The notes below the pieces were generated by a model that was given only the letters and a program-made list of their open reading frames with translations, was not told the origin of the DNA and searched no databases. This document shows positions 38,601-50,300 of a stretch of 64,000 nucleotides of DNA, in pieces (the stretch's first letter is position 1; each line of letters starts with the position of its first letter). This DNA comes from Macrostomum lignano (taxonomy: Eukaryota), in the NCBI GenBank assembly GCA_002269645.1, contig NIVC01001271.1, positions 1-64,000 of the forward strand, written 5' to 3'. A program made the position numbers and the translations under genes.

Positions 38601-40112
38601 AGAGAGGGTGAGAGGAGACATGAGGACAGACAGGAGAGAGGGTGAGATGAGACATCAAAAAAGAAAGGAGAGAGGGGGAGATGAGACATGAGAACAGACA
38701 GGAGAGAGGGTGAGATGAGACATGAGAACAGACAGGAGAGAGGGTGAGATGAGACATGAGGACAGACAGGAGAGAGGGTAAGGAGACATAAGGATCGGCA
38801 TATCCAGCAGACAAGAAGCACAAGGTAGGAAAAAGGAACATCACAGCTGTGCCGAACCTTTTCCGTGACCTTCACAGTCGGCGGCTTGTAGTCGCTGGGC
38901 GGCTTATAATCCGGATTGAGCTCCAGCACCTCCTGTATGAGCTTGTGGCGCAGTTCCTCCATCTTACGCTTGGTCCTGTACTCGCGCGTGTTCAACCGCT
39001 TGCCATCGGAGCCGTAGATGGGCTCCGGGCTGGGGCTCCGCCTAGACGGGTCGGTCGGTATGCCCAGATCGCCAGACCGCAGCTTCCTAGTGATGTCCTC
39101 AATTTGGATCTGGTTGATGTACTGCTTCTCCTTGTCCGGGTCCATGTTCGACGGGACTATGGTGGGCATGCCTGGGCGGGCGAAAAATAGCATAATATAA
39201 TAGTAATAATATTAATAACAATAATGATAATAATAATAATAATAGAATTAATAACTATAATTCATATTACACCTGACCTAATGGGCAGATATGTAACCCA
39301 CAGCTCAGCCGCAGCTGCCTAACCAGCAGATGCCTAATATGGGATCTGAGATCCCTAATCCGGGGATCTGATATGCCTAATATGGGGATCTATCTGAGAT
39401 GTCTAATATTGGATCTGAGATGACTAATATGGGATCTGAGATGACTAATATAGGATCTGAGATGACTAATATGGGGATCTGAGATGTCTAATATGGGATC
39501 TGAGATGTCTAATATTGGATCTGAGATGACTAATATGGGATCTGAGATGACTAATATGGGATCTGAGATGTCTAATATGGGGATCAGAGATGACTAATAT
39601 GGGATCTGAGATGTCTAATATGGGGATTTGAGATGTCTAATATGGGATCTGAGATGACTAATATGGGATCTGAGATGACTAATATGGGATCTGAGATGAC
39701 TAATATGGGATCTGAGATGTCTAATATGGGGATCTGAGATGACTAATATGGGATCTGAGATGTCTAATATAGGATTTGAGATGTCTAATATGGGATCTGA
39801 GATGACTAATATGGGATCTGAGATGCCTAATATGGGGATCTGAGATGTCTAATGTGGGATCTGAGATGACTAATATGGGATCTGAGATGTCTAATTTGGT
39901 ATTACAGATGGTGGCTTCAATGACAAACAGTCAATACCCTCACCAGGAATTTGGATCTTCTCTTGATCATCGCCACCCCAGCGCCGTTTCCGGGCCCGCT
40001 TCCGCTCAATCGCGCCATTGCTGTCGCTAGAAGCAGCAGCAGCAGCAGAAGCGGCGGCGGCATCAGTCGAGTTGCCTTCAGCAGACACGTCCTGGTTGCC
40101 GTTATCGAACAT
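35693..40112 (-). CDS. SF1: Splicing factor 1 / branchpoint-binding protein, 5 exons, 540 aa
   Basis: Exons are 40112-39944, 39171-38858, 38202-38064, 37920-37798 and 36570-35693, with consistent phases. It has the U2AF-ligand motif [14 protein letters not shown], the KH-QUA2 motif [15 protein letters not shown], the zinc knuckle [14 protein letters not shown] and a Pro/Gly-rich tail. Confidence 0.97.
36625..37722. repeat. 33/32-bp minisatellite in SF1 intron 4
   Basis: Tandem GTTCAATCTATCAAATCCGCCCCTATTTCAGAC with variants. Confidence 0.95.
38325..38790. repeat. 34-bp minisatellite in SF1 intron 2
   Basis: Tandem GAGACATGAGGACAGACAGGAGAGAGGGTGAGAT. Confidence 0.92.
39330..39895. repeat. 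21-bp minisatellite in SF1 intron 1
   Basis: Tandem GAGATGACTAATATGGGATCT. Confidence 0.93.
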
Positions 40113-40959
40113 TTTGCAGTCCAGATAGGCAAGAGTAAAGAGAGACACAGGGCTAGTGACAGTGCAAAGTTTTTTCAGTCTATGCAACTTGCTTTTTGGC
40201 TACTGCAATGGTTAAACAGTTTTAATTTGCAGTAGGAAAATGAGGTAAAGAAATAATAAAGGACAATGTTGAAATAACTTGTGCTACTAGCTAGAAAGTA
40301 TAGAACCCTATAATTAGCCTAACTTTAATGCAAAAATACAAGCCGATCAAATTTTCAAGAAACAACATTTTTAAATATATGATAAGTCCTTTTTCAGCTA
40401 TGATATTACTATGCCTAACTGGTTTTTATTAAATCTATAAAATTGTTTCACTGAAAGGGGCAAAGACCAGTTTCTACCATGGCACTCTTAGATGCTAACA
40501 ACCAGGGCTTGATTCAAGGTACTGTCATTAAAAAATTAAGGTAAAAGACTGACAATAAATAGTGAGGGTTGCTATACACTTCTGTGTGGATTTTTATATT
40601 TATACACTAAATTTTGTACTGGCTCAAGAAAGTCAATGGAATCTGACAATGTTGCTTAAAGTGTACTAGGGTGTACACAGGCCCTAATACAATTTTATTT
40701 TTTTTATTTTTTTAGTATAAATGGCATGAATCTAAATAAGGCTTAAATGTTAATGATACTTATATATACCTTTTTATATAAAATTCTAAAAACACATTTT
40801 TCTGGCTTGTCTAGTTTTTAAAATAAAGGTTAAGATATAATAAAATATTTTATCCTAAAATATATACTTGAGCTACACAGAAAAAGTACAGAGGTCATTG
40901 CATATATTTCAATCAAATTTATCTATTAGCATTAGCTTAGGAACATTTGCAAGTCAAAG

Positions 40960-42110
40960 AAAAACTAAAGTGCCTGCTTTTCTACTGATGTTATTCCATT
41001 CTTCAGTGTGAATGAGTTTAGAAGCCAGTTTCAACTGACACCAAGATGCTTTGAATTTCTAATACAAGAAATATATAATTATGGCTAGTTTAAAAATCAA
41101 GAGCATTCAAATAAGATCCCAATACGTTTCAAATTTGAGTCAATATATTTTTTTGCTATTAAAAAGCTCTTCAAAGGTTATGCAAAAAACTTTAATAAAG
41201 GCTACTATTTATATACCTGGACTATATGGGAATAAAAACAATTAGAATTCAAAGTATTATATAACCTTGGCATTGGAAAAGTCAATTAAATTGTGTATAG
41301 CATGTCAAGAAAAATTGTTCTAGCTTTGTCATAAATTTATATTAAGTGGCCAATAGTTATTGAAGCAACTGCTAATGCAAGAGAGCTTTTTACCCTAACC
41401 CTAACAGAATGATATAGGTTTCTAAATGTTCTTGGAGCATTATAAAATGCATTATGAAGTCTGTTTTAGAAAAAAGTGCAAGATTTCTGTATTTTCTATA
41501 TTAACTTTAATGGATTAATGCTTACTAATGATTAGCAGTTAGCTTTCTATTAACTTAATAAAATTAAGAGTTCATAAATTAAGACTTTTTGTTTTAATAG
41601 CACCACTTGCCATTAATGGTCCAATGGAAATTAAGATTTGCATTAATGGTGCCCAATCTAAATATACTAAATAGTTACTACATTTATTGACTATGCAATA
41701 AAATAATATCAATAGGCTTTACAATTGCAAGTTATAGCATAACCAAACCTTATATTTAGAGGATGCTCTGGCTAAATGCATGATGCTTATGTTTTTCAGT
41801 ATAGTCCACTATCAGCCCAGATTATAGAAGAAAAACAATTTAAAAACAAATATATAGACTACACCTACTTAGAAATAGTGCATCCACTACTCAATAGTCC
41901 AATGACTCTATTTATTAATAATGGTAATTTAACTAACATGCAAAAATCTATAATAAATAACTAGCATCAACTAGACCAATTTGTATAACATACTTTTGGT
42001 CAGCTTAACTCAAGCTTGTATAGGCTATGCTATTTCTATCAACATCATACTGATGATATTTGCTATATTATTGCTATTGCATATATATTGCACAATATTT
42101 GTATCATGAA
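40960..42110 (+). pseudogene. Decayed PIF/Harbinger DDE transposase
   Basis: Across stops and frameshifts it reads VIPFFSVNEFRSQFQLTPRCFEFLI, YIKWP..EA, FLNVLGAL, LQLQVIA, GCSG*MHDAYVF..SPL, NGNLT..QK, HTFGQL and ILHNICI. This is the ordered motif series of Harbinger transposases. Confidence 0.8.
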
Positions 42111-43335
42111 AAATTAATTTCCTTTTGAAAATTTGATAACATTCAAGATGATACCATTGAGAAATTGTTTCAAAAGCAATTAGATAGACTGTGTAGTGAG
42201 TTACTAGTTTAGTTTAGGCATTATACTAGTTAGCAGTCCCTTACCCTTGCCCTAGATTGCTGTCTGCTACTAGATAATAGCCAGTGTCTTTCTCTTGCTC
42301 CTATCTGCCTCTTTTTGTCCTTGTTTGCCCTCTATGTCTTATGCTCCTGTTTGTAATGTCTAGACAGCTTGGTTTAGCCTGCTCTTGGCTTATTCTCTGG
42401 TAGTCTAGGTTTTTTTGGGCCATACAAGGTTTTTTGGCCCCTTGAAAATCTTATTGGCAACTGGATTTTTGGCATCAGAGGCCAATCTGGCAACTTTATT
42501 TTCCTTGTGCCAGTTGCCAATTTAAAAAAAATTTTCAAGTGTAATAAAAGTGCCATATGAATTAATATGATCATATGATAGAATTAATAGCTTGTTATTA
42601 TTTGCAGCATAGATAGCAATCTTAGAGTTAAGAGAACAAATTTCTGCTTTCAAATGTAGCCTTGGAAATATCTATCCTTAAGAATTTGGCTAGATGCCAA
42701 TGGGCAACCAAAAATAGCCATTGGCAACTAGATTTTGAGCCCCAAGGACTAGCTGGCAAGGACTAGCTGGCCCCAAGGACTAGCCTTAGAAAAAATCCAG
42801 ATGGCAGTCACTAGTGCTTTGCTAGTAGACTCTATTTTCTAGTCTTAAGGTCACTAGTAGGCTAGTGGCTTTATTAGTAGGCATTTTTCCCTTGTCATGG
42901 GAGCCAATCACACGACAAGGCCCTTTTGTCTTGTTAGTCCAAAGTACAATGATTTTATTACTGTATACTTGGCCTGTATATATAGTGGAAATAATGTGTA
43001 CCAAGACCTATAGCTCCTCTGATGCAAACTATGTGGCAGTTGCTAAAAATAGCAATAGAATTATCAACTGTGTGCAATGGGGGTCTTGTTTACAATAGTG
43101 CAATTTCCACCTTATATATGCAAGCCCCCTCTTGCTTTTGTTCAGTCAAGGAGTTTGGATGCAGCCAAAATCGTCATTTGATGATGACGACTTGAACAAA
43201 TCTGGAAGACTTAAACATTTAAATATGACAACTTTGACCAAAAGCAAGGGTGTATTAATTTAGGATTTTCCTACTTTCAGGCAAAAATCCCTTGCATGCA
43301 CCCATAATTTTTATATTAACTGTGTCAATTTATGT

Positions 43336-44277
43336 GGACTTCTTCAAGTTTATGTTGATAAAATACTTCCGATTTTTCGATTTTTCTGAAACTTGCGGTG
43401 GAGACTTATGGGGCACCCAAAATTACAAAAATGCAAAAAAAGTGTAGAAAGTTACCTGTACGGTTGATGCAATGACAATTTACTTGATTCCCTATTCTCT
43501 TAATGAGGTTCAGTGAGAAAAAAGTTTCTACAAATACATTTTTGAAAGTGTATCCACTTGACTTTTAATTTTATGGCACATGTGCTAGAACTTCATTAGG
43601 CCAATTAAAGATGAATATTAATATCTACAAATTAATATGCAAATGTTTTTTATGTTTGCGGATTATAGTTTTTCAATTTAGTTATAATGCATAGACAGTG
43701 CCACGTCACTATGTGCTTTTTTTTAAAAACTGCCACGTCACAACCCGCTCAATCTTTGCACTTGCACTTTCACTGCACCCAGCCAAAGCAACGTTCAAAA
43801 CTCGCACTTGTATTTCGCACCTCAAAACCAACTACTGTACAAGGCTAGATTACTAATTCTATTGTATTAAGGCAGTAACAGCACTTAATTTTGGTAAGCA
43901 AATTCATTTAGATAAAGTTATGTTGATTCAAGTTTATGTTGATATAATTAAACAGAGATTCATTGTCAAATAAATTCCAACTTGTTTCACCCCCCCCCTA
44001 TTAGAATTGGAATTTATCAACACAATCTTGAATAGATCTCTATGCCTCTATTCAAGTTTATGTTGATAAAATCAATCCCCATGAAGAATCTCCCCACCCT
44101 AAAACCCCCCATTCCCCATGCCCCGGTGGTTGGTTTTAAGCTACATATAATTGGGTTAAAGCTACCTAAAAATGGAGCTCAAATTTGAAATCAGCACCAT
44201 CAAAAACCCCTATAGAGACAAAATTATGATCCTATCCAAATTGAAACTATTTTATCAACATAAACTTGAAGAAGACC
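43336..44277. mobile_element. Non-autonomous DNA transposon with TIRs of about 30 bp
   Basis: GGACTTCTTCAAGTTTATGTTGATAAAATA at 43336 is inverted by TATTTTATCAACATAAACTTGAAGAAGACC ending at 44277. Internal copies of the motif occur at about 43928 and 44052. Confidence 0.65.
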
Positions 44278-47200
44278 ATTAATGCTGATTACTACATGAC
44301 TACTGAGACTAATATATAATAAACAGTAGAGAGATGAGAAATATCAAAATTAATTTATGCAAAGAGAACTGCCTGTAGTAGCAAGGAATGCATGTTTTCT
44401 GAACAGTGAGTGACACAGTCGTGCACGCTGTGTACACTTAGTTTGACGTTCAATTTCTTAAGCTACCACCCCTGATTCTGCCTTTTGACCACTGGACAAG
44501 AATTGTGTACATTTGGTTTAACTTTTAATCTCAATCTATAATTCTCTCTCCTATCTACTATACCTATGTATGTTGTTAAAGCCAAGTTGTGATCAATTGT
44601 TTTCAATCTTACCCTCCTTACCTGTGTACGTTGCAAAAACCAATATTTAATCAATCGCATTCAATCTCAATTTATCAAATTGTTCTAATAAAATCCTGAC
44701 GATGCACCATGGCGTGCAAAACGCATTGAAGTTGTTAGAAATTGCAATCATATTCAAATGTTGATATTAAGCTTTCTATTTATTCTTCAATGCATGTTTA
44801 AAGTTACATTTCATTTGTTGATATACATGTAAGTAGGCCCTATCAATTATTGGCCAATGAAGTAAAAACACAAAGATAAAAATGAACTACACTATATAGC
44901 TGACATTTTATAAGGCTAGCCCTAGGCACAATGATGCAATAAAATTAGTTCAAAGTTAAGTTAAAAGCAAATTTTATATTTCAATTTAAATAGATAAAAA
45001 TTTGGTCTAGGGCCTATAAAGGCTCATTTAACTTGATTCCTTTATATTTGACTGTATGATTTTGATGGCTCATTTGATGGTAGTTTGAATTATACATGCG
45101 CAACTGCTGGCCAACTTGGCCAATCTGGCCACTGTAAATTGTGGTGGACCAGGGGTAAGTCGCAAAAATGCCCAACTTAAAGAATTCAGACATATTAGAT
45201 GATGAGGCATTTACCCCTTATAAGACAGTTATAGTTACTCCTGCTGTTTACCCAAAATTGCATTAGGGTTTTTTTATAGGTAAGTCGCATTTTTGGTCAA
45301 AAAGTAAGTCACATAGCCAGTGTAAATCAGGGGGGTTGTGCATGCATGGTTTGAATAAAAAAGCCTTAAGTTATACCACTGTAAATCATTTTAATTTGTT
45401 GGCAAACAAGAACACACTGCCGTATGAGCTAAGATCCTTGCGCAGCTAATGCAACACAATATGACAATTTAGTAAATGCAGCATGGTCCAATACTGAGAT
45501 GATGACAATTTAGATAATTTAGTTGTTTTTCTCATAAGCCACAGATGATGATCTTGAATATGATGACTTTGGCTAGAACTAGGAGTTTTTAGCCTCTCAT
45601 TAATCAGTTTCTCTAACTTTCTAAGTCTAAGTTCATAGTCTAAGTTTAGTAACTTCTAACTTAACCCAAAGTCTAAGTATGCTTGACTCTGACTGCGTTC
45701 TAACTGAGATCAGATCTAACTGAATCAAATGATAAATCAAGTGCTTAATGCTTGAAAATGAACAAAATAGTATGAAAATTGTGTTTAATTTTGATTGCAA
45801 TTGTACAAACAAAGAGCAGCCATAACTAGGCCTAATAAGTGAAGTATCAATGTATCAACATTTGAAGTGGAATTGAACATTTTTCTATTGCCAGATTGTC
45901 AACAATCCAAAAAGTCTGATTTGCGCAGAAATTTAGGGTCTTGTACATTATTTGCACATTTGTGCAGAAAATACGAATTTTGCACAGCTGTGGCAGCACC
46001 TAGTGTTTATGTTTTAATAATTTTGCAATGATATTCATGCCATGGGACAACACATTAGCAGGACACTACACTAGGCTAGGCCTACACCTATGTTGGGATG
46101 AGAGCCTTCTCTGTAGAGGTGAGAAATTAAAAGTAGTAGGCCTACATAGTAGAGTTCTTTTTAGTTGTTCCTCCTGAAAAAAATGGAAGGATATGTGTGC
46201 AAGTTTTGAAAACTTGCAAAACCTCTGAAACAATGGCTCTTGCTTTTTCTTTTCTATGGCTAAAGGCTAAAGCTAGACCTAAACCAAGTCCAAGCCAACA
46301 GCCAAGCCAGGTACGAAAAGAAAAGTACCTCCCTGAATAAAGGAGTTTAATCTCAATTTAAGTACAGATTCGTCAGAGTTAAACCACCCACAATACAGTA
46401 GACATCAGATGGACTACTTAGGCCTACTGAATATAAAAACCAACAGAAAAATCCTAAGTCGCGCGATGCTGAAACGAAATTCAGCTAAAATAGTAAGTTA
46501 AAAAAGTTTCTGCAAGATGTTCAATTAAACAAACATTTTTGATGTAGTACCAAAGGAAGAAACAAATTTGTATACCTCCTGCTATATAGCTTAAGTATAA
46601 ATGTTTAGCTAGTATCTTGGAAGTATCGGATTTATTCAGATAAATTTAGATAAAGAAATAAACAATGTACAATGATCAGATTAATAGGAGTGCTTGTATT
46701 ATGGAAAACTGAAGTAAGACGCTACGCTCGCCAACCGTTGACTCTATTTCCATCGATATAGGCTCCAGCTAGGACTACTCAAACACAGCTGAGCTGGCCA
46801 ATTAAATTTGTTGCATGTCGATCTGGGCCAAATTGACCGCAGTTTTCGGCCAAATCGGTTGCAGTTTTAGTTTTACACTGTCTATGGCCTCTCCTCTCAG
46901 CTCAGCTTTCTATTTTCTAAATTGATCGCAGTTTTGGCCAACTATAGATTGCAAAAAGGTACATGTACATGTAATATGAAGAAATTTCAGAGCTACCAAA
47001 TAATTTAGTTAATTTCTTACTGTACACAATGAACATGCGCGAGAGTGCATGGACAGTTTTGAGAGTGCAAGTGCGGCACAAGCAGTGCAACAAATCAGTA
47101 GTTCATATGGGTTCAAAGTACTGTGTTCATGGTGGTACATGTAAAACTGGTGGCTACGTACGAGCTAATTATTATGGCTCGTCAATCCACAACAACGCCA

Positions 47201-47377
47201 TCAAATTATAAAGCCTAATTGGAGTTGTCACTTTGGCTTGTGATGGGTTTCGACCTTCGGGCTCCTTGTTAGGGAAGCCTTCGGGCCTCAGGCTCAGAAA
47301 TAAATCAATTTGAGACCTGGCCCCCCACTCCTGTCAGATGGTCAGCCCCATGGTAGCTTGATCGTGTGGCGAGCAGT

Positions 47378-50300
47378 CTAGGTCCTATAGCTAAGAGAGG
47401 GACAGCGAGAGACGAGCAGGGAGAATTTTGAAAGTAGAAATTAGCTAATCCGCAGATCAGCTAACTTGCTGCCACCAGCCCGTGCGCCCTGGCTCACTAC
47501 AGCGGGACTCTCGAAATCGGGCTTCCGACTAGAAGGGGCTTTGCACTTACCTGCCAACTAGTGTCTTTTTGCTGTCAATCTCGAAGTCATAGCCGATGAT
47601 AAGGGACACTGCTGGGACTAGATCGCATTGGCCATGCAGGTACAGAGGGGACTTGTGCAGGGGATTCTTGCGGTGGCGAGTCTATGGGGTAGCTACATGT
47701 ACTATTACATTGCTAAATACGAAGATATGTACTTTTGGCCTTCAACGCGCCAACTAGCCTCTCATAGCGCTGATGATAGACTAACTCGAACTTCAGAGAC
47801 CGCATGATTCATTTACCCGAGCCGCTTGGCTAACCTAGAGTGCACAAAGTACATCTATGGCGCCGATTCTGCACTTCTGGCAGTTTTGCTCACTGATTTG
47901 ATAGATTGGTCGACTGAGAGCTGCCTTGCCATTGGTCCACTGTGACCGGCGCCTACTAGCTTAGCTACTCATCTGAGCCATCGGCGAACAAAGAAATAAA
48001 ACCGATAAAAATAACTGTTAGATTTAACCTTCTCCTTAGTTCACTTCACACTTCAGATTGATTGGAGACTACTAGCAGTATTATTGAATGATTTCTGCCT
48101 CAGCAACAGCACTACTGAACAAAATGAGCAAAAGTGTGCGCCTAATTCAGCTACTGCAACAGGGGACAAATAAGGGATCACCCAATCAAGCAAGTCTAGG
48201 TAGCCTCTCACCCAACCAATCAGAAACTCAACAGCCGGAGACCAGGTAATCCACAGTGACCGAATCGGCTTGATGTTCTGCAGCTGTAGACTCGGGATGA
48301 TGCTGTCACAATCTTCGCTGTTAGCTAGCAGGTGATGCTCTTAACTTGATGTTCGCTGCTAATGACCGGGGGACTCGTCCTTGATGATGATGGGGGGGGG
48401 GAAATCGCAATCCGGGGATCAAGAAACGACGGTCAGTTCCGGGCCGGTGGAGTAGGAACCAGGCCAGAGTCGGAACAGGTACCGGTTGAGGTCCGAGCGG
48501 GCCAAAAACACCGGTTTAAATAGCCGCCAACTGGACCGCAGTTTGTTATAATGGAACACGTCGATTCTGATTGGCTGAGCCGTTTTGTTAAAATGAGCGC
48601 CGAATTTTCTGATTGGCTAAGCTTGTTGCTACCCAGAATCACATGACCGAGAGATCCTATCAGTTCCCAAAGGGTCGTAAAAAGATGACAGGTGCGGCCA
48701 TAAATCACTCAAAATCGCAACAAAATGATTTGTGACTTTTCGCGTAGGATTGACGGAAATTAATGAAAAAATATACATTAGAAAGCTCTTATTAAATAGA
48801 AAGTGAAGATAATGAAGAGAAATCGCTAATCGCTAATCCCAAAGTACTTTTAGGGGTAAAACGCATAGCTGTCAAAGCTGTCACATGCTTGAGTGAACAC
48901 GAACAATAGGCTCTGACCTCATAAATCTTGATGGCCTGTCAAAATGATGAGAAAAAAGCTACCGCCCGCATCCTCTCAGACCATCTGGCGCCCGCTTCAA
49001 CACTGAGTGAGGCGCAGGTGGCTGTCAGACAAACTTTGAAAGCGATGATTTATGACCCAAAAAGCTGCGCCTATGTTATTATGACTACTAGTATGACCAG
49101 ACATTATATCTAGTATAAATTTTATGAAAATTCGCAGAAAAAGGATAAAAATGCCCACTGCCCACTGTTAGTAGGCAAGTAAGTTAAGAGCCCATGTGCT
49201 AGCGCGGGATTTGGGAAAAAGTGCGTCCTCATCACTTGTAAATATTTTTTCACTGCTGCATGCTCTGGGCTCTGTACTGAAAATAGACATTTTAGCGAAG
49301 TGATTAGACAGCTTATTAAACTTTGATTTGACAGGGGAGATGCGCAAATTGCAGTTCATTTTGCATTTTGTCCAGCCGTAGTAGTACGCGTACTACTGCA
49401 TGGATCTACTGTGTACTTTTAGCTCGATAAGTTCATAAAGTGTGTTTTTGGAAAAGTTTTTGCAAAATTTTGTAAATTTTAATGCATCGCTAGTGCAAAA
49501 AAATGATCAGGGGGGTTTATATGTTCACCTTTTTATACATATGCATGTACATATGCTATTTATATTTATGAGAAATCAGCATTGGGATTAAGGCTTAAAT
49601 ATTTTCCCATATTAGCCATAAAAATTCATTACTCAGCGGTACATGCAACTGTTAAAAATGTTAATATATTTTCTTAGCGTCTTAACTTACCGTATTTTGC
49701 AGTCCCTTGCTTAATGTGCATCAGTGTAGTGTTCTGTAATACACTGTACACGACATTAAGTTAGTGTCAGGGGCTGTGTTAAGTACACTTTAATTAAGCG
49801 ACATTGTCACAACCGGCTAGAGGCATTACTGCCCATTCCGCCGACTCCCCTGAGCAGGCACACCTCACACAGACAGGAGTTGTACAAGCTGCCCTAACTT
49901 TATTTATCGTTAGGCATGTACACTTCACTGTGCCAGCTTGGGGGCTGGCCCTCGATCAAGGCCGATAATTAATTGCACGAGCAGAGCCAAGCCGAGATTC
50001 CAATTCAGCCCCAAATTAATGTGACTGCACTTGGAATCGAGCCTGGGCCGCTGGCACACCAGAGCCTGCGCTGGACTGCGACCCGGCCCCTATACTTACA
50101 TGTAACAAATACCTGTACCCAAACCTACATGTATACAAACCTGTAGCAGATACTACTTCTCAGTTCTCACAAAATTAAGAGAATATTAATAAGTTTCACT
50201 AAGATACTCGCACTTACGCGGGTTACATATGTATTTAATGTGGCTTACAAAACCGAATTGAAATTCCAAACAACGCAGAGTTTGAAATATACTGGTCGAG

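Noticed and set aside
47543-47555. U1 snRNA-like ACTTACCTG (also near 6397)
   Set aside because: It is simply the reverse complement of a 5' splice donor, and no U1 body follows.
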